Shown here: piece after piece, positions 1-10,334 of the stretch
How the letters are laid out: every line of letters starts with the position of its first letter
How positions within the stretch are numbered: the stretch's first letter is position 1
NCBI RefSeq assembly: GCF_902713615.1
Contig: NC_052175.1
Span: 9,775,271 to 9,839,270 of the forward strand
Direction: 5' to 3'
Length of the DNA: 64,000 nucleotides
Origin: Scyliorhinus canicula
Lineage: Eukaryota
Program-made: the position numbers and the translations under genes
The notes under the pieces: model-generated
The model's database searches: none
What the model saw: the letters and a program-made list of their open reading frames with translations, nothing else
What the model was told of the DNA's origin: nothing

Positions 1-1466
1 GTTTCACAAAGGAGCTCAGAGGAAAGTCCAGACCATCACCGGTAGTCCCTCGCACTCTTTGAGCCGATGCTTTATAATGCCTGTTGCATGGAACAATCGG
101 CTCAAGAGGTATTTTGTTCCCAGTACCATAAGCACTGAATAACATAATGTTAATTTAACTTGCTGTTTTTAATAGATATTTAGTGAAATATCTTATGCGT
201 GTGTGGTATGTATACATGAGAAATATTCGCAAAAGTATGAATCGTGGCATACAAGCAATATCTACTCTTTTGAAGAGTTTTTACTGCTATACTGGATGTG
301 AAACGAAATACAAGTGTACACTTTTGCATGGGAAATTCAACGCTATTATTATTATTCCTCGACATCATTCGCAATATCGCAAGGCCGTTTCCAGCAAGCA
401 ACTGCCCGTTCGTCCCCTCTTCTCCTGCCGCACTATCTAAATTCGCATTAACAAATAGAATGCTGTTACGCGTTAATTTCCAATCATCAAGAGATTGGTT
501 GGGAAATTACTCGGAGATTGATATTGAAAGAGTTTATTCATATGGGGAGATATCTTTGTTGTGACTCAGTGTAACATGCTGTATCTGCTCATGCGGAGTA
601 ATCAGAATGGAGATATAATTTGGAATATCTAGGCAAAACAAGACGAAAGTCCATAGAGATGGAATCAGGCCATGGCGCTAACATGACAGACTGAATTCCT
701 AATGATCAGCTCAGAACTGCTCCTGACTCAACAAGGAAATCTACCGCTTGTCGAGGGCACAGTTCCAAATCCATCCCTTCTTTCTAAAATTCCACCTCTG
801 ACATGTTGGTTTCAATCAATACTTCCTGTTTAAAGGAAAAATAGAATCATGGGAAATTTCAGACATCACTCCCCACATCTGTCCCTGACTGTTCAGGGCC
901 TGTTTAGAACATCTGCTTCGACAGTGTGTTCACGAAGCCAAACTCCCATACGGGATGAGGATATTCATGAAGGCCCCGCCTCCTGAAACTTTGCCGCTCG
1001 CATGAGGTGTGGCGATCATTAGGTTTATTCACCACCAGTCACCTGTCCCACTCAAAGGGGAAGTAGCCTACGGTCACCTGGGCCTATTGTTAGTTTGATC
1101 AATTTCCCCAATTCACATCTCAGCCCGTGCAACCCACCTGAATCCTGAACTGATATTTTCAACTCAACAGAAATCGCAGATGTCATTTTATCAATTATTG
1201 GACGTATTGCAACATCGTTTAATGGTCCATTAATTTAGTTATATTTACATATCGACATTTGAAATGAAATGCAACTGGAACGATACAATCATCGTAGAAA
1301 TCTCTCTGTGACTGCAGTTTTCTCGAATTCTGCCATACCTTGATTACTATGGATTATCACAAATGATTCTTAACAATTTGTCCTCTGCACTGAACAAAGG
1401 AATCAGTGTTTAGCGCAATGCACGGGGAGAGTTTAGCTGCTTGATAGAAGTCTACTTGGTTCTATG

Positions 1467-1472
1467 TTTATT
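1467..1472 (-). terminator. Candidate polyadenylation signal of the Ig-like gene
   Basis: AATAAA on the minus strand about 70 nt after the stop codon. Confidence 0.5.
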
Positions 1473-1542
1473 TCCACAAGGCATCGGGTTGTTCGGCATA
1501 ACCTGTCTCCTCCAGGACTCATCAAGGAAAAGCCGTCCATTC

Positions 1543-1623
1543 TCATCTGCGGCCTGCCTTCTTTTTTGATCTCTTTTCCAATGCGGCCAAATCCAGGGAG
1601 GCGTAGAGAGGTCCGCCCTGAGA
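1543..1623 (-). CDS. Exon 8: terminal exon with Tyr motif (SQGGPLYASLDLAALEKRSKKKAGRR*)
   Basis: Acceptor tttcccag|TCT in phase 0, YASL motif, TGA, and AATAAA about 70 nt downstream. Confidence 0.75.
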   Translation of the reverse strand, partial: SQGGPLYASLDLAALEKRSKKKAGRR

Positions 1624-4600
1624 CTGGGAAATATATGAAGCATTGACATTCAAAAATAGTGAACATAGATGTCAAATTATTCCGAAAAGAATTAGACTTC
1701 AATGGTGACAGAATGAAACAACTGAGAAGGATAGCATTCGGTCCATTCAATCCGTCCTGGCTCCTTGAAAGTGCTAGTCAGTTAGCGCAATCGTCTTTTT
1801 GACATTTCCCATATCTTCAACAATTCTCCTCCCTTCAAACATCTAACAGATCCCCTTTTGAAAACCACAGTTGAATCATCTTCCAGTTCCCCTCTGTATC
1901 TATCTGCAAGTGTGCTGCTTCATGTTTATGGAAAATAAATTAAAGCAGACATGGTCAATGGAAAAGACGACAACTGGGGCGACGTAACTGTTACTTTTAT
2001 TCCACATATTTATTGTTAAAGAGCGAATCTGATGATCATGTTTCCCCGTGTGTTATCTATAGGGTCCGGCAGATAAATCCATATCCAGAGAGAAACACAA
2101 ACACAATAAAGAGACTTCCACCGAAGAAACGCAGAGAAGGGGTGGGGGGGGGGGGGGGGTGCTCATCAGCAGGCCATTTAGGCCATGCTGTCAGTGCCTA
2201 AATAAACTAACTTGAAATATAAAGCACGCTGACCATTCTTATCACACTGTCCATCTCCCGATCCGTTGCTTTAAACGTTCCAGCACTTTAAGTGAAGATC
2301 CAGGCACCTTATGAAATGATTCTGGCTCAAGCACCAAATCAGGGAGCACATATATACTGCTCATATTTTGCGCCTTTCGCAGCTCTGCAAGCCTCTGGTC
2401 GCTTGACAGCAACTTTTCAAAATTCTCCTCAAAGCTTTCAATGAAATAAATTCGGCAGCCCATTCGGAATCAATAGGGTTCCAAGAACATCCATTTAATA
2501 AGGGTGCCGCGGATGTATTTAATTTGGATGTTTGTTGAGGGATTTGATGTCAAATCCTGCTCCCTGCTCCCCAGTCGCAACACAATACCCGCGCTCCTCC
2601 ACTCCTGCCACCGCAGAGAAATATGTTGCGATTTTACTTAATGCGACGAGTGTGATTTGAAACAAATGCTTATGTTCTAGAATGTGCTCGGCCAACCGCG
2701 TGAAATATCTAGCGTGGTATGGGGTGCACATTATTCCAAAAATCAGCAATCTATCTGGGCAGCTTGACAAACTATTAATTGCACTTACCCGTAACGCACC
2801 GTCATTTAATCTCTGGGTCTGTGCTTGGCGGTGGTCGCCTAGGGATTAAAGAATGCAAAATAAATTTAAATATTATGTTCTTTCGGCGAATAGATATTCA
2901 GCTGGAGATAGGCGAAGAAAATGACGAATCAATGCGCCAAAGGGCTCAAGGCATCAATTCACCCTAATTGTCAATTTCAGTCAATCCAAAAGCTTTACAA
3001 ATAGGCCAGTGTACCCGTAATAGATCAACGGCCCCTCAATGCATCAATTGTCAGATGACGAGTCAATGGAGCCCAATTCGCCAATGGTGGACAAGCCCGT
3101 CGTCTCGCGTCCATTTCCTACCTGGTATATTACCGGCAGATTTAATAATCAATAATTGGCCGTTTCCTGACACCAACATGAATGATATGATTGAAGAATA
3201 TTTTGATGGCAGAAAGTCCAGTTATCAATCGGTGAATTCCCGCAATTTGCTATTTAATCGGTGCCGATGTTTCAATTGAACTTACCCGTGTGTCGCTCTT
3301 TCAGCCTCAACACAGCTTGTGTTGTCTCTCTCAAGCTAAAACGGAACAAGGACAAGAAGTATTAATAAAGTGTTAGATCAGACAGATCCTGGTCCAGGTC
3401 CCAGAAATAGCTGATAAAATAATTAATTGTGCAGCACGTTTAGATTCATCTTCATATTTCGAACAGAATATCAACATGAAACATTGACATCAGAGTTGGG
3501 TTTGAACTGGACATCACACAATACTAAATGCAAAGAGAGTGTCCGTGATGTAGTTTACAAATGGCTCAGTTACTTACTTTTCATTTTGGCTTTTGTTGTC
3601 CAATTTTCCTGAAAGAAGAAACTATAATTAGCAAAATAATATCAGGAGAAGATAATAACATTGGATCAGCAATCACGGCAATATCCCTCATGCACCGGAT
3701 TCCTCACCTGATCTGCCTCCTTTACAAATCCAAATGGAAAGTAGAATCAACAAGAGAAGCAGAACCACCAGGACAGTGATGAAAGCGGGAAGGGCCCGGC
3801 TGCACCATTCTGCAGAGACAAAACAATTAGAATCTGCTCCTCTGTCACATCCTTATCTCCTGGGATTCTCTGCTGGGAAACTCAACTCAGGTAAAAAGTC
3901 GGAACCCGAACCTTGGGACTGAAAGGGGCAAATTAAGGCCCTTGGAAATGATAGTAAAACGTGAAATGGAATCATAGAATTTGCAGTGCAGAAGGAGGCC
4001 ATTCGGCCCATCGAGTTTTCATCGGCCTTCGGAAAGAGCACCCTTCACCCTATCCACAGAACCCATTAACCCCACCTAATCTTTGTGGACACGAAGGACA
4101 ATTTAGCATGGTCAATCCTCCTAACATGCACGTCACCGGACAGCAGGAAGACACCAGAGCACCCGGAGGAAACCCACGCAGACACAGGGAGAACGTGCAG
4201 CCTCCGCACAGGCAGTGTCCCGGCCCGGGAACCGAAACTGGGACCCTGGAGCTGTGAAGCAACTCTGCTAACTTCTGTGCTGCCGTGCCGCCCTTTGATT
4301 GGGTTCTGGTGAATTAATTATGTTCAACGTGTTAGAAATATCTCGGAATAGTGAATGATGCTGTCCTTGAGTCAATTCTGAACGTTCTATCCAAATTGGG
4401 TCAAACTCCCTCAGCTTTCTCTCATGGACCTGCACATTGCTCCCCATGAAATATTTCTGCAAAGTCCCTTCTGAAAGTAACTATTATTTATGATTTTGCC
4501 GCGTGTTCCAGATAACAAGAACTCTCTGTGCAAATCACACTCTCCACATATCCCCAGTTCTTTGTTGATTATCTTCAATTTGTGTCCCCTTGTTTTCTCA

Positions 4601-7223
4601 CCTACTGCCATTGTGCACTGTTCCAATTAGTTACTCCATCGAAACGTTCTGGTTGATCGTGGCGTCGATCATTTCTCCTCTTAACATTCTCTTACGTATG
4701 GAGAAGAGTCCAAGCTTCTCCAGTCTCTCCACATTAACTGAAGTGGCCAGTTCCCAACAAATTTCCTCGGCTCTCTCGGTAGACTTGTGACTCTATCCCT
4801 TAAAAAGCTGTGTGCAGCTGATCACAATACTGTGAACGTGGCCAGTCAGTGCTTTCTGACGCATTTTTTACACTCGATTCTTCAATTTAAAGATTCAATG
4901 ATTCCGGATAACTTACAGCATTAATTGATCTTCCCATTTCCATCTCCAAACATTACTGAATCAGAGAATAATTGCAGCACAGAAGGAGGCCATTCAGCCC
5001 ACCAACTCTCTGTTACCTCTCTGCAGCATCAACCCGCTTAATTCCACCCACCTACCGCTCCTCTTCCGCCTACACATTCTTCCATTTCTCGCCATTCTCC
5101 AATTCCCTTTCGATCGCCACTCTCAGGCTGTGTGTTCCAATGATGAACATTCGGTGTACAGAAGGGTTCACCGTTTTGTTGCAGTTCATTTCTTTCCCAA
5201 TCACATCACATTTGTATCGCCTGGCACTCCATCCTTCGGTCACGGGGTACAGATTTTCACTCTATACTCTGCCCAGATCCCTCCTGATTTTAAACGCCAC
5301 TATCACATATCTGTTCAAACTTCTCCAAGCAGAACAGTATCAGTGTCTATCGGTTATGGACGTGATTTAATTTTCCCACCCGTGATACCATTCCTTTGAA
5401 TCTTTTCTGCACTGTTTCTAATACATTCTCCAGACATTCTGGTGCCCAGATAGGACGTAATACTACAGTTGATGCTGAACCAGAGTTTTGCTAATGTTCA
5501 TCACAGCTCCCTTCTTCTAATCTCTGATTTATTGCTAATGTCGAGAGCTTTGCGTGCATTAGTAATCGCCCTGCCCCTACCATTTGTTTGTGACAATAAA
5601 GCTCCGATTCGCCTGCCCAAGTAAAGTCTGTGTGATGCACTTGGGATAAATTCTGAAAATGACATTTATGTGAAGTGTTAGACCCAGTGTTTAATGTTCT
5701 AAAACATTACGTGACTCAGGAAGCAGGATTAAACCAATAAAGCAGATATTACACGGATGATGGATTCTGGAAAATGAGATTCAGAGAAAATTAATGAATG
5801 TCTCAGAAAACAAATCATTTTTAGACAAAAATTTCCACTTTTGTCAGGTTTCTGTTTGTGAAGCCCATCCAGTGGAGAACTGATCACAACTCCATTTCAA
5901 AGCCCACTGCGTAAAATGGGCGGTTGATGCAAATTCAATAACTTCGGAAAGGAAATCCAGATTCTAGTTTCAAGGGAAAATGTGACAAAGCTATCGGGAT
6001 ACATATTGGAAAGCCTTTGTTTTTATTTAACAGGCTTGAGAGTCTAAGCTTCGAGCTAATCATTCTTATTGATTATAACTTGAATTGAAACCATTATTGT
6101 GAAGATCGCCAACTCACCTGTCCTTGTCTCTGCTGCTTTGGGGAACAACACGCTCTTCGTCCAATTTTTGTTTGGAGACCCCAGTTGAACGATACAAGTA
6201 CAGACAGCGTCGTCACTCCACATATCCATCGACACCATGATCTGACTAATGATGCTGTAGGTCCCGTCCTCCTCCAGTGTACCGGGATCGCTCGATCCCT
6301 CGGCCACCATGCCGGAAATATTCCAGAAAATAACAATCCGGTTCGAAGAAATTCCACTAACCAGACACACCAAGGGGACGGTATCCCTGGAATTCTCCTC
6401 CCACCGTGGCACAAATATCAGCACCGCCGTCTTACTGGTGGAACTGTCTGGACACAGATTGAGACATAGTCAACGATTGATTCACACAAAATGATAATAC
6501 TGTGCATGATCAGAATTCATTTCAATTGTTCTCTTACCTCCAACCAGTAGATTAGCTGCTTTCTGGAGCGGTGCATAGCTATCCATCTCAGCACAGTAGT
6601 AGGAACCCGAATCATTCGCCTGGACATTGCGGATTTCCAGAATCAGTATATTTTTGCTGTTGCCTTTTTTAGAAATAAACTTACAATCCGCCCCGTTACA
6701 GGATGAAATGTCGATTGCTTTCGGTGCTTCACCCACTCCTTGTTTATACCAGACATAGCTAGACACCACTTCCACTTCGTAACTGTAATGACAGGTTAAT
6801 TCCACGATCTGCCCGACTTCAGCGGTCAATGTTAAGGGGATGTGAGACAGAGTGGGCTCGGAGTCTGTAACCAGAGAGATTATTGGTTCGTTATCAATGA
6901 TTATTGATAGATTGGAAACATCCGCTTTGAAACGCTGCAGCTGTAATTTAAGAACAATCTCATTGCTGTTTTACAGAGTTTTGGGTGAGATTTATTCTTC
7001 GATTTATTTTCGCTTCGGTTTATAGTTGGAAGTAGCAAACTTATTGGCACTATCCCGTGAAATTCCTTCACATGATCACTGGATCAGTTTTATTTCAAGA
7101 AACACGCATTCTCACATTTTACTGAACGAAGGGAATTCCGGTTATATTTCCAACCGCCGCTTACTCACCGTAACCCCTCAGCACCAGCGGAATGAGGATC
7201 AGGGGGAAATGTTCCTTCGCCAT
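1543..7223 (-). CDS. Non-rearranging antigen-receptor-like IgSF gene (leader-VJ-C1-TM-cytoplasmic; VJC1/PRARP-like), 8 coding exons, 341 aa
   Basis: Exons 7169-7223, 6538-6864, 6118-6447, 3708-3809, 3578-3608, 3286-3335, 2789-2838 and 1543-1623 all have GT/AG sites. Intron phases (1,1,1,1,2,1,0) give one open frame of 1026 nt ending in TGA. Confidence 0.88.
2789..2838 (-). CDS. Exon 7: cytoplasmic (GDHRQAQTQRLNDGALR)
   Basis: Acceptor aatccctag|GC, donor CGG|gtaagt, 50 nt. Confidence 0.75.
3286..3335 (-). CDS. Exon 6: cytoplasmic (NLRETTQAVLRLKERHT)
   Basis: Acceptor gttttag|C, donor G|gtaagt, 50 nt. Confidence 0.78.
3578..3608 (-). CDS. Exon 5: cytoplasmic micro-exon (GKLDNKSQNE)
   Basis: Acceptor tctttcag|GA, donor AA|gtaagt, 31 nt. 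It is required to keep exon 6 in frame. Confidence 0.78.
3708..3809 (-). CDS. Exon 4: connecting peptide with Cys plus uncharged transmembrane helix (EWCSRALPAFITVLVVLLLLLILLSIWICKGGRS)
   Basis: Acceptor tctctgcag|AA, donor CAG|gtgagg, 102 nt, phase 1-1. Confidence 0.88.
3971..4293 (-). mobile_element. HE1-type V-SINE
   Basis: gggcggcacggcagcac head, V-domain core and CR1-like tail. Confidence 0.85.
4360..5560 (-). mobile_element. Two degraded CR1-like 3' fragments in the C1-TM intron
   Basis: Reverse-complement CR1 3' motifs (tttgtgtcccct, gaaggaggccattcagccc). Confidence 0.55.
6118..6447 (-). CDS. Exon 3: C1-set Ig domain
   Basis: Acceptor gtccag|AC. Motifs LVCLVSG, IFW, DGTYSIISQI and W..DAVCTC. 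Donor G|gtgagt. 330 nt. Confidence 0.93.
6538..6864 (-). CDS. Exon 2: V-set Ig domain with A to G strands in one exon
   Basis: Acceptor ttacag|AC. Motifs VELTC, WYKQ, DSGSYYC and terminal ANLLVG. Donor G|gtaaga. 327 nt. Confidence 0.93.
7169..7223 (-). CDS. Exon 1: signal peptide MAKEHFPLILIPLVLRGY
   Basis: ATG at 7223 (context caagATGG), hydrophobic core, phase-1 donor G|gtgagt. Confidence 0.85.
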
Positions 7224-7383
7224 CTTGAGCCGGAGACTGCTCCCCGTTTTCGTTCTCACTCGCTTGTTACTGCGGCCGGAGTGGCCACAGACTGACACGA
7301 GCTCAGGGCGAGATCCGATGGAAACGATGACGATCTGTTCTCTGGAAAGTATGACACCATTCTGTGAGCGGTGTCTTGGTGAA

Positions 7384-7465
7384 TATGACGTTCATTTGCA
7401 CTGTTGTCACCGCCTTGGTGTCACAGCTGATAAGAAACAGAAGACCTCACATCAATCTGATTGGC
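7384..7465 (-). promoter_or_regulatory. Candidate proximal promoter of the Ig-like gene
   Basis: Within 160-240 nt upstream of the ATG: CRE-like TGACGTT, a one-mismatch octamer (ATTTGCAC, 7394-7401), E-box CAGCTG overlapping GATAAG (7424-7434), and CCAAT (attgg). Confidence 0.3.
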
Positions 7466-8489
7466 TGTAGTTCAGAGGGCTGGGTGGAAGAATGACTTCA
7501 GGGGTCTATGCTGAATATTGTAGTTAGTAATTAACTCAAGTTTATCCATCCCAGATTGTCATTGGGATGATGTTGCTGATCCAACTTATAAGACATCTAC
7601 CAGGCCGTCCCTCACCCTTGACTTCGCCAGTTAAACATTTCCAGCCTGTTCCCTATTTCTACTTATTTATGACATTTTGCCCCTGCTCTCATTCTTGTAA
7701 ATCGTGTTTGCTCCATGCCAATATCCTTTTTGTAATTGTGGTGGTGGGGCGGGGGGGGGGGGGGGCATATATAAAAACAATTCAACAGAATCAGAATAAT
7801 TTTCTTCCGTAGCCTTCTGTGTGTTTTCTAGTGAATGTCACCAACAAGATCATGAAAATTGGCGTTGCTTTAGAATTATTCAGAGATCCAATAAACCAAA
7901 CATTTGAGTAGCATCAGGGACATATCTGAACCTTGGGCCTCTCGTCAACTGGGTTGTATTTCGATTCTCAGCCGCGTTCACATTCGCACATTCTGCTGTT
8001 GAGTGAGTGTCTTATTTTTAAAGCAAAATTTCGAGCAGAAACGACTTGCATTCAGCGTTCCCAAAGGGTTACGTTAAAAGCATTTCCTCTTTGGATAAAT
8101 TGTAGACAACGTTACTAAACGGAGAAGAGGGAAGATACTCGAGTAAATTTAGCCTGCATGCCATCTGTTCGTAAAGTCGCGACTAAAGGTTACTGGTGGT
8201 CGACATTACCAATGCAATGCCCCACATTTTCCTCAAGATATGCCGCAAGAAACATTTGGAAAGCATTATCAGTGGAAATTCAGTACATGCCGGACAGAGA
8301 ACATGACTTAGAAGCTGCAAGAAGGAAACACATTAGAGGAGAGAAATTAAGAAAGTATTTCTTTCTAAATACAAAGATTAGCATTTATCTTCTGACGAAA
8401 GCAAGAGGTCACCAATTTATTTTCGTTCGTTCATAGGATGTGACCATCGCTGGTCAGTGCGGCATTAATTGTCCATCCCTAAATGTCTT

Positions 8490-9010
8490 TACATTATGAG
8501 AGGAATAGACAGGGTGGAAACTCAGAGTCTTTTTCGAAGGGTGGACGAAATGGGTTGGTTTAGCACAGGGCTAAATAGCTGGCTTTTAAATCAGACCAAG
8601 TCAGGCCAGCAGAACGGTTCAATTCCCGACCAGCCTCTCATTTCAGGCGCCGGAATGTGGCGACTAGGGGCTTTTCACAGTAAATACAATGGAGTTCCTT
8701 GTGAAAATAAGCGATTTTTAATTAATTTCATTTCAATTACAAGGGGACACAGGTTCAAGGTGAGAGGAGTTACGTTTAATGGCGATGTGCGAGGTATGTT
8801 TATCAAGTAGAGAGTGGTGGGTGCCTGGAACGCGGGGAGAGTGGATGTTGTGAAATCAGGCACATCAACAACATTCAAGAGGCATCTGGATGGGCAGATG
8901 AAGAAGGGGAAATAGAGGAATACCAGCAAGGGCAGCAGTTTTCTTTTTAGTTAGGGCATCATGCTCAGACCAGGCGTGGAGGGCCGAAGGGCCTGTTCCG
9001 AAGATGTATT
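8490..9010 (+). mobile_element. CR1 3' fragment interrupted by a tRNA-derived SINE (about 8551-8735)
   Basis: atgagaggaatagacaggg ... attacaaggggacacagg; SINE has GGTTCAATTCC B-box and ttttcacagtaa/(TTTCA)n tail. Confidence 0.7.
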
Positions 9011-9408
9011 TTTAAATCTTCATTTGGAAGGGGATCAGGGGCTGGTTTGTTCACCTCTGTAGTCCATGACATGTCGGCACACGAACATTTAGGCTTATTT
9101 CTCCAGGGGTTTGATCCAGGGATAGTAAAGGAATGGCGATAAAGTCCCAGGCCACGGTGCGGTTAAGAGGACAATTTGTGTCTTGTTCCCATCTCCCTTC
9201 GTGTGTTGCCGTGTTCTCTGTGTGTCGACGTTACACAGTGCGATCCCAGTTTCACGCTCATGAAGACATTGTGCAATTGTGAATAAAGTTAGGGATCAGT
9301 TAATTTTATTCAAATCTCGGACAGGGCAGGGGAAATAGGAAATCGGTATAACTTTAATTAACATACTGTTAATGAGCATGATTGTGCACCCGCCTGTTCT
9401 CTGTTTAG

Positions 9409-10279
9409 ATGAATCCACTCTGGGTGGTAACCCCGCATTCTGTCTGTAACTTCACATTGAGTGCCAGTGCGTGACCTCTGAATGCAGTTCTGTGGGTGAA
9501 GCGCCTCAACTGTAAAAACAGGAAAACCACAGAGAGCTTTTGGCTCGAACATCATTTTCCATCTCAAGCAGAGAGTGGTCACAATCTCGGGCACTGATGT
9601 CCAGATCTCAATGCGCTTTGCAAAGCTCCAAAAGGGCTGTAGGCGAGGTATTTTTAACGCTCACAGCAAACAGTTGCGGTCACAGACAATGCGCCTCGTT
9701 GTTGCCAGACCCGTTCTCTGCTGCAAGTTTACTCCCCCGCTCCTTCGCAATGGAAGGTCAAGCATTTACTCAGAAAACGTCAAGCTCTGAGTACAGTTAA
9801 TTTCACAACTCGTGCTGCAGTGATTCCTTTAACCAGACTCTTCACAACAACCTGAATGTATCTCGCTCTTGTCTTCCACCTTCCATTCCTCACCAGTCTG
9901 CTGAAGATTCCGTGACTTGAGTTCCTGAGGAGTCTTTCAGAGAATTTTCAGCACGGATTTTCCTGCTTTGTGTTCAGAATTGGGTCATGTTTCCTCTGAG
10001 ATATTCCCATAAATAATCATTTGACCCAGCAGCATTTTCTAATTGTTTTGTGTCTGTCAGGATTGAGCATGTTTATCCTTTACCGACCCTGCCTCGATGA
10101 TCCGGCGTAGAATATTCATCCTCATTTGGATTTGGAATTCATGTTGTGGCTGATCGGGTGAATATTGATGATTAATACCGATATTTTAATGAACCTTTGT
10201 TTAATGTCCTTTGTTTGAAATACTGATTGCGATTATTATTTCAGAACACCGAATGAACAGATCCCACAGTGAAAAGCAG
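9409..10279 (+). pseudogene. Decayed V-set Ig receptor relic (V exon about 9409-9704, TM exon 10061-10157, tail exon 10245-10279)
   Basis: Acceptor ctgtttag at 9408. With frameshifts it reads STLGGNPAF/CNFTLSASA*PLNAVLWVKRL..RVVTISG..ISMRFAKLQ..TMRLVV. Two downstream AG..GT-bounded exons resemble exons 4 and 5 of the intact gene. Confidence 0.5.
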
Positions 10280-10334
10280 GTAAGTAAAGTGTTTTTTAAA
10301 CCTCATCACTGACATCAGTATGTAAATAGTCCAA

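Noticed and set aside
1-135. Rex1-like LINE 3' end at the window start
   Set aside because: Similarity is too weak and short to call without alignment.
2242-2770. Two short minus-strand ORFs in the last intron
   Set aside because: No domain similarity or splice support; part resembles a decayed CR1 3' end.
6482-6870. Rearranging TCR/Ig V segment
   Set aside because: No RSS after the YYC; the G strand and splice donor are in the same exon, and a single C1 exon follows 90 nt later.
9519-9531. ETS-RUNX composite CAGGAAAACCACA as an enhancer
   Set aside because: It lies inside the putative V relic and is a single short motif.
9550-9800. Alternative reading of the relic as a C1 exon (QISC..EVFL..FSAASLL..QW.GQAFT)
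   Set aside because: It lacks the core Trp and the second Cys. The V reading has an acceptor, Cys-Trp spacing and an RLVV end, though ambiguity remains.
10265-10271. RSS heptamer CACAGTG
   Set aside because: No nonamer at 12 or 23 bp; it falls within the relic micro-exon.
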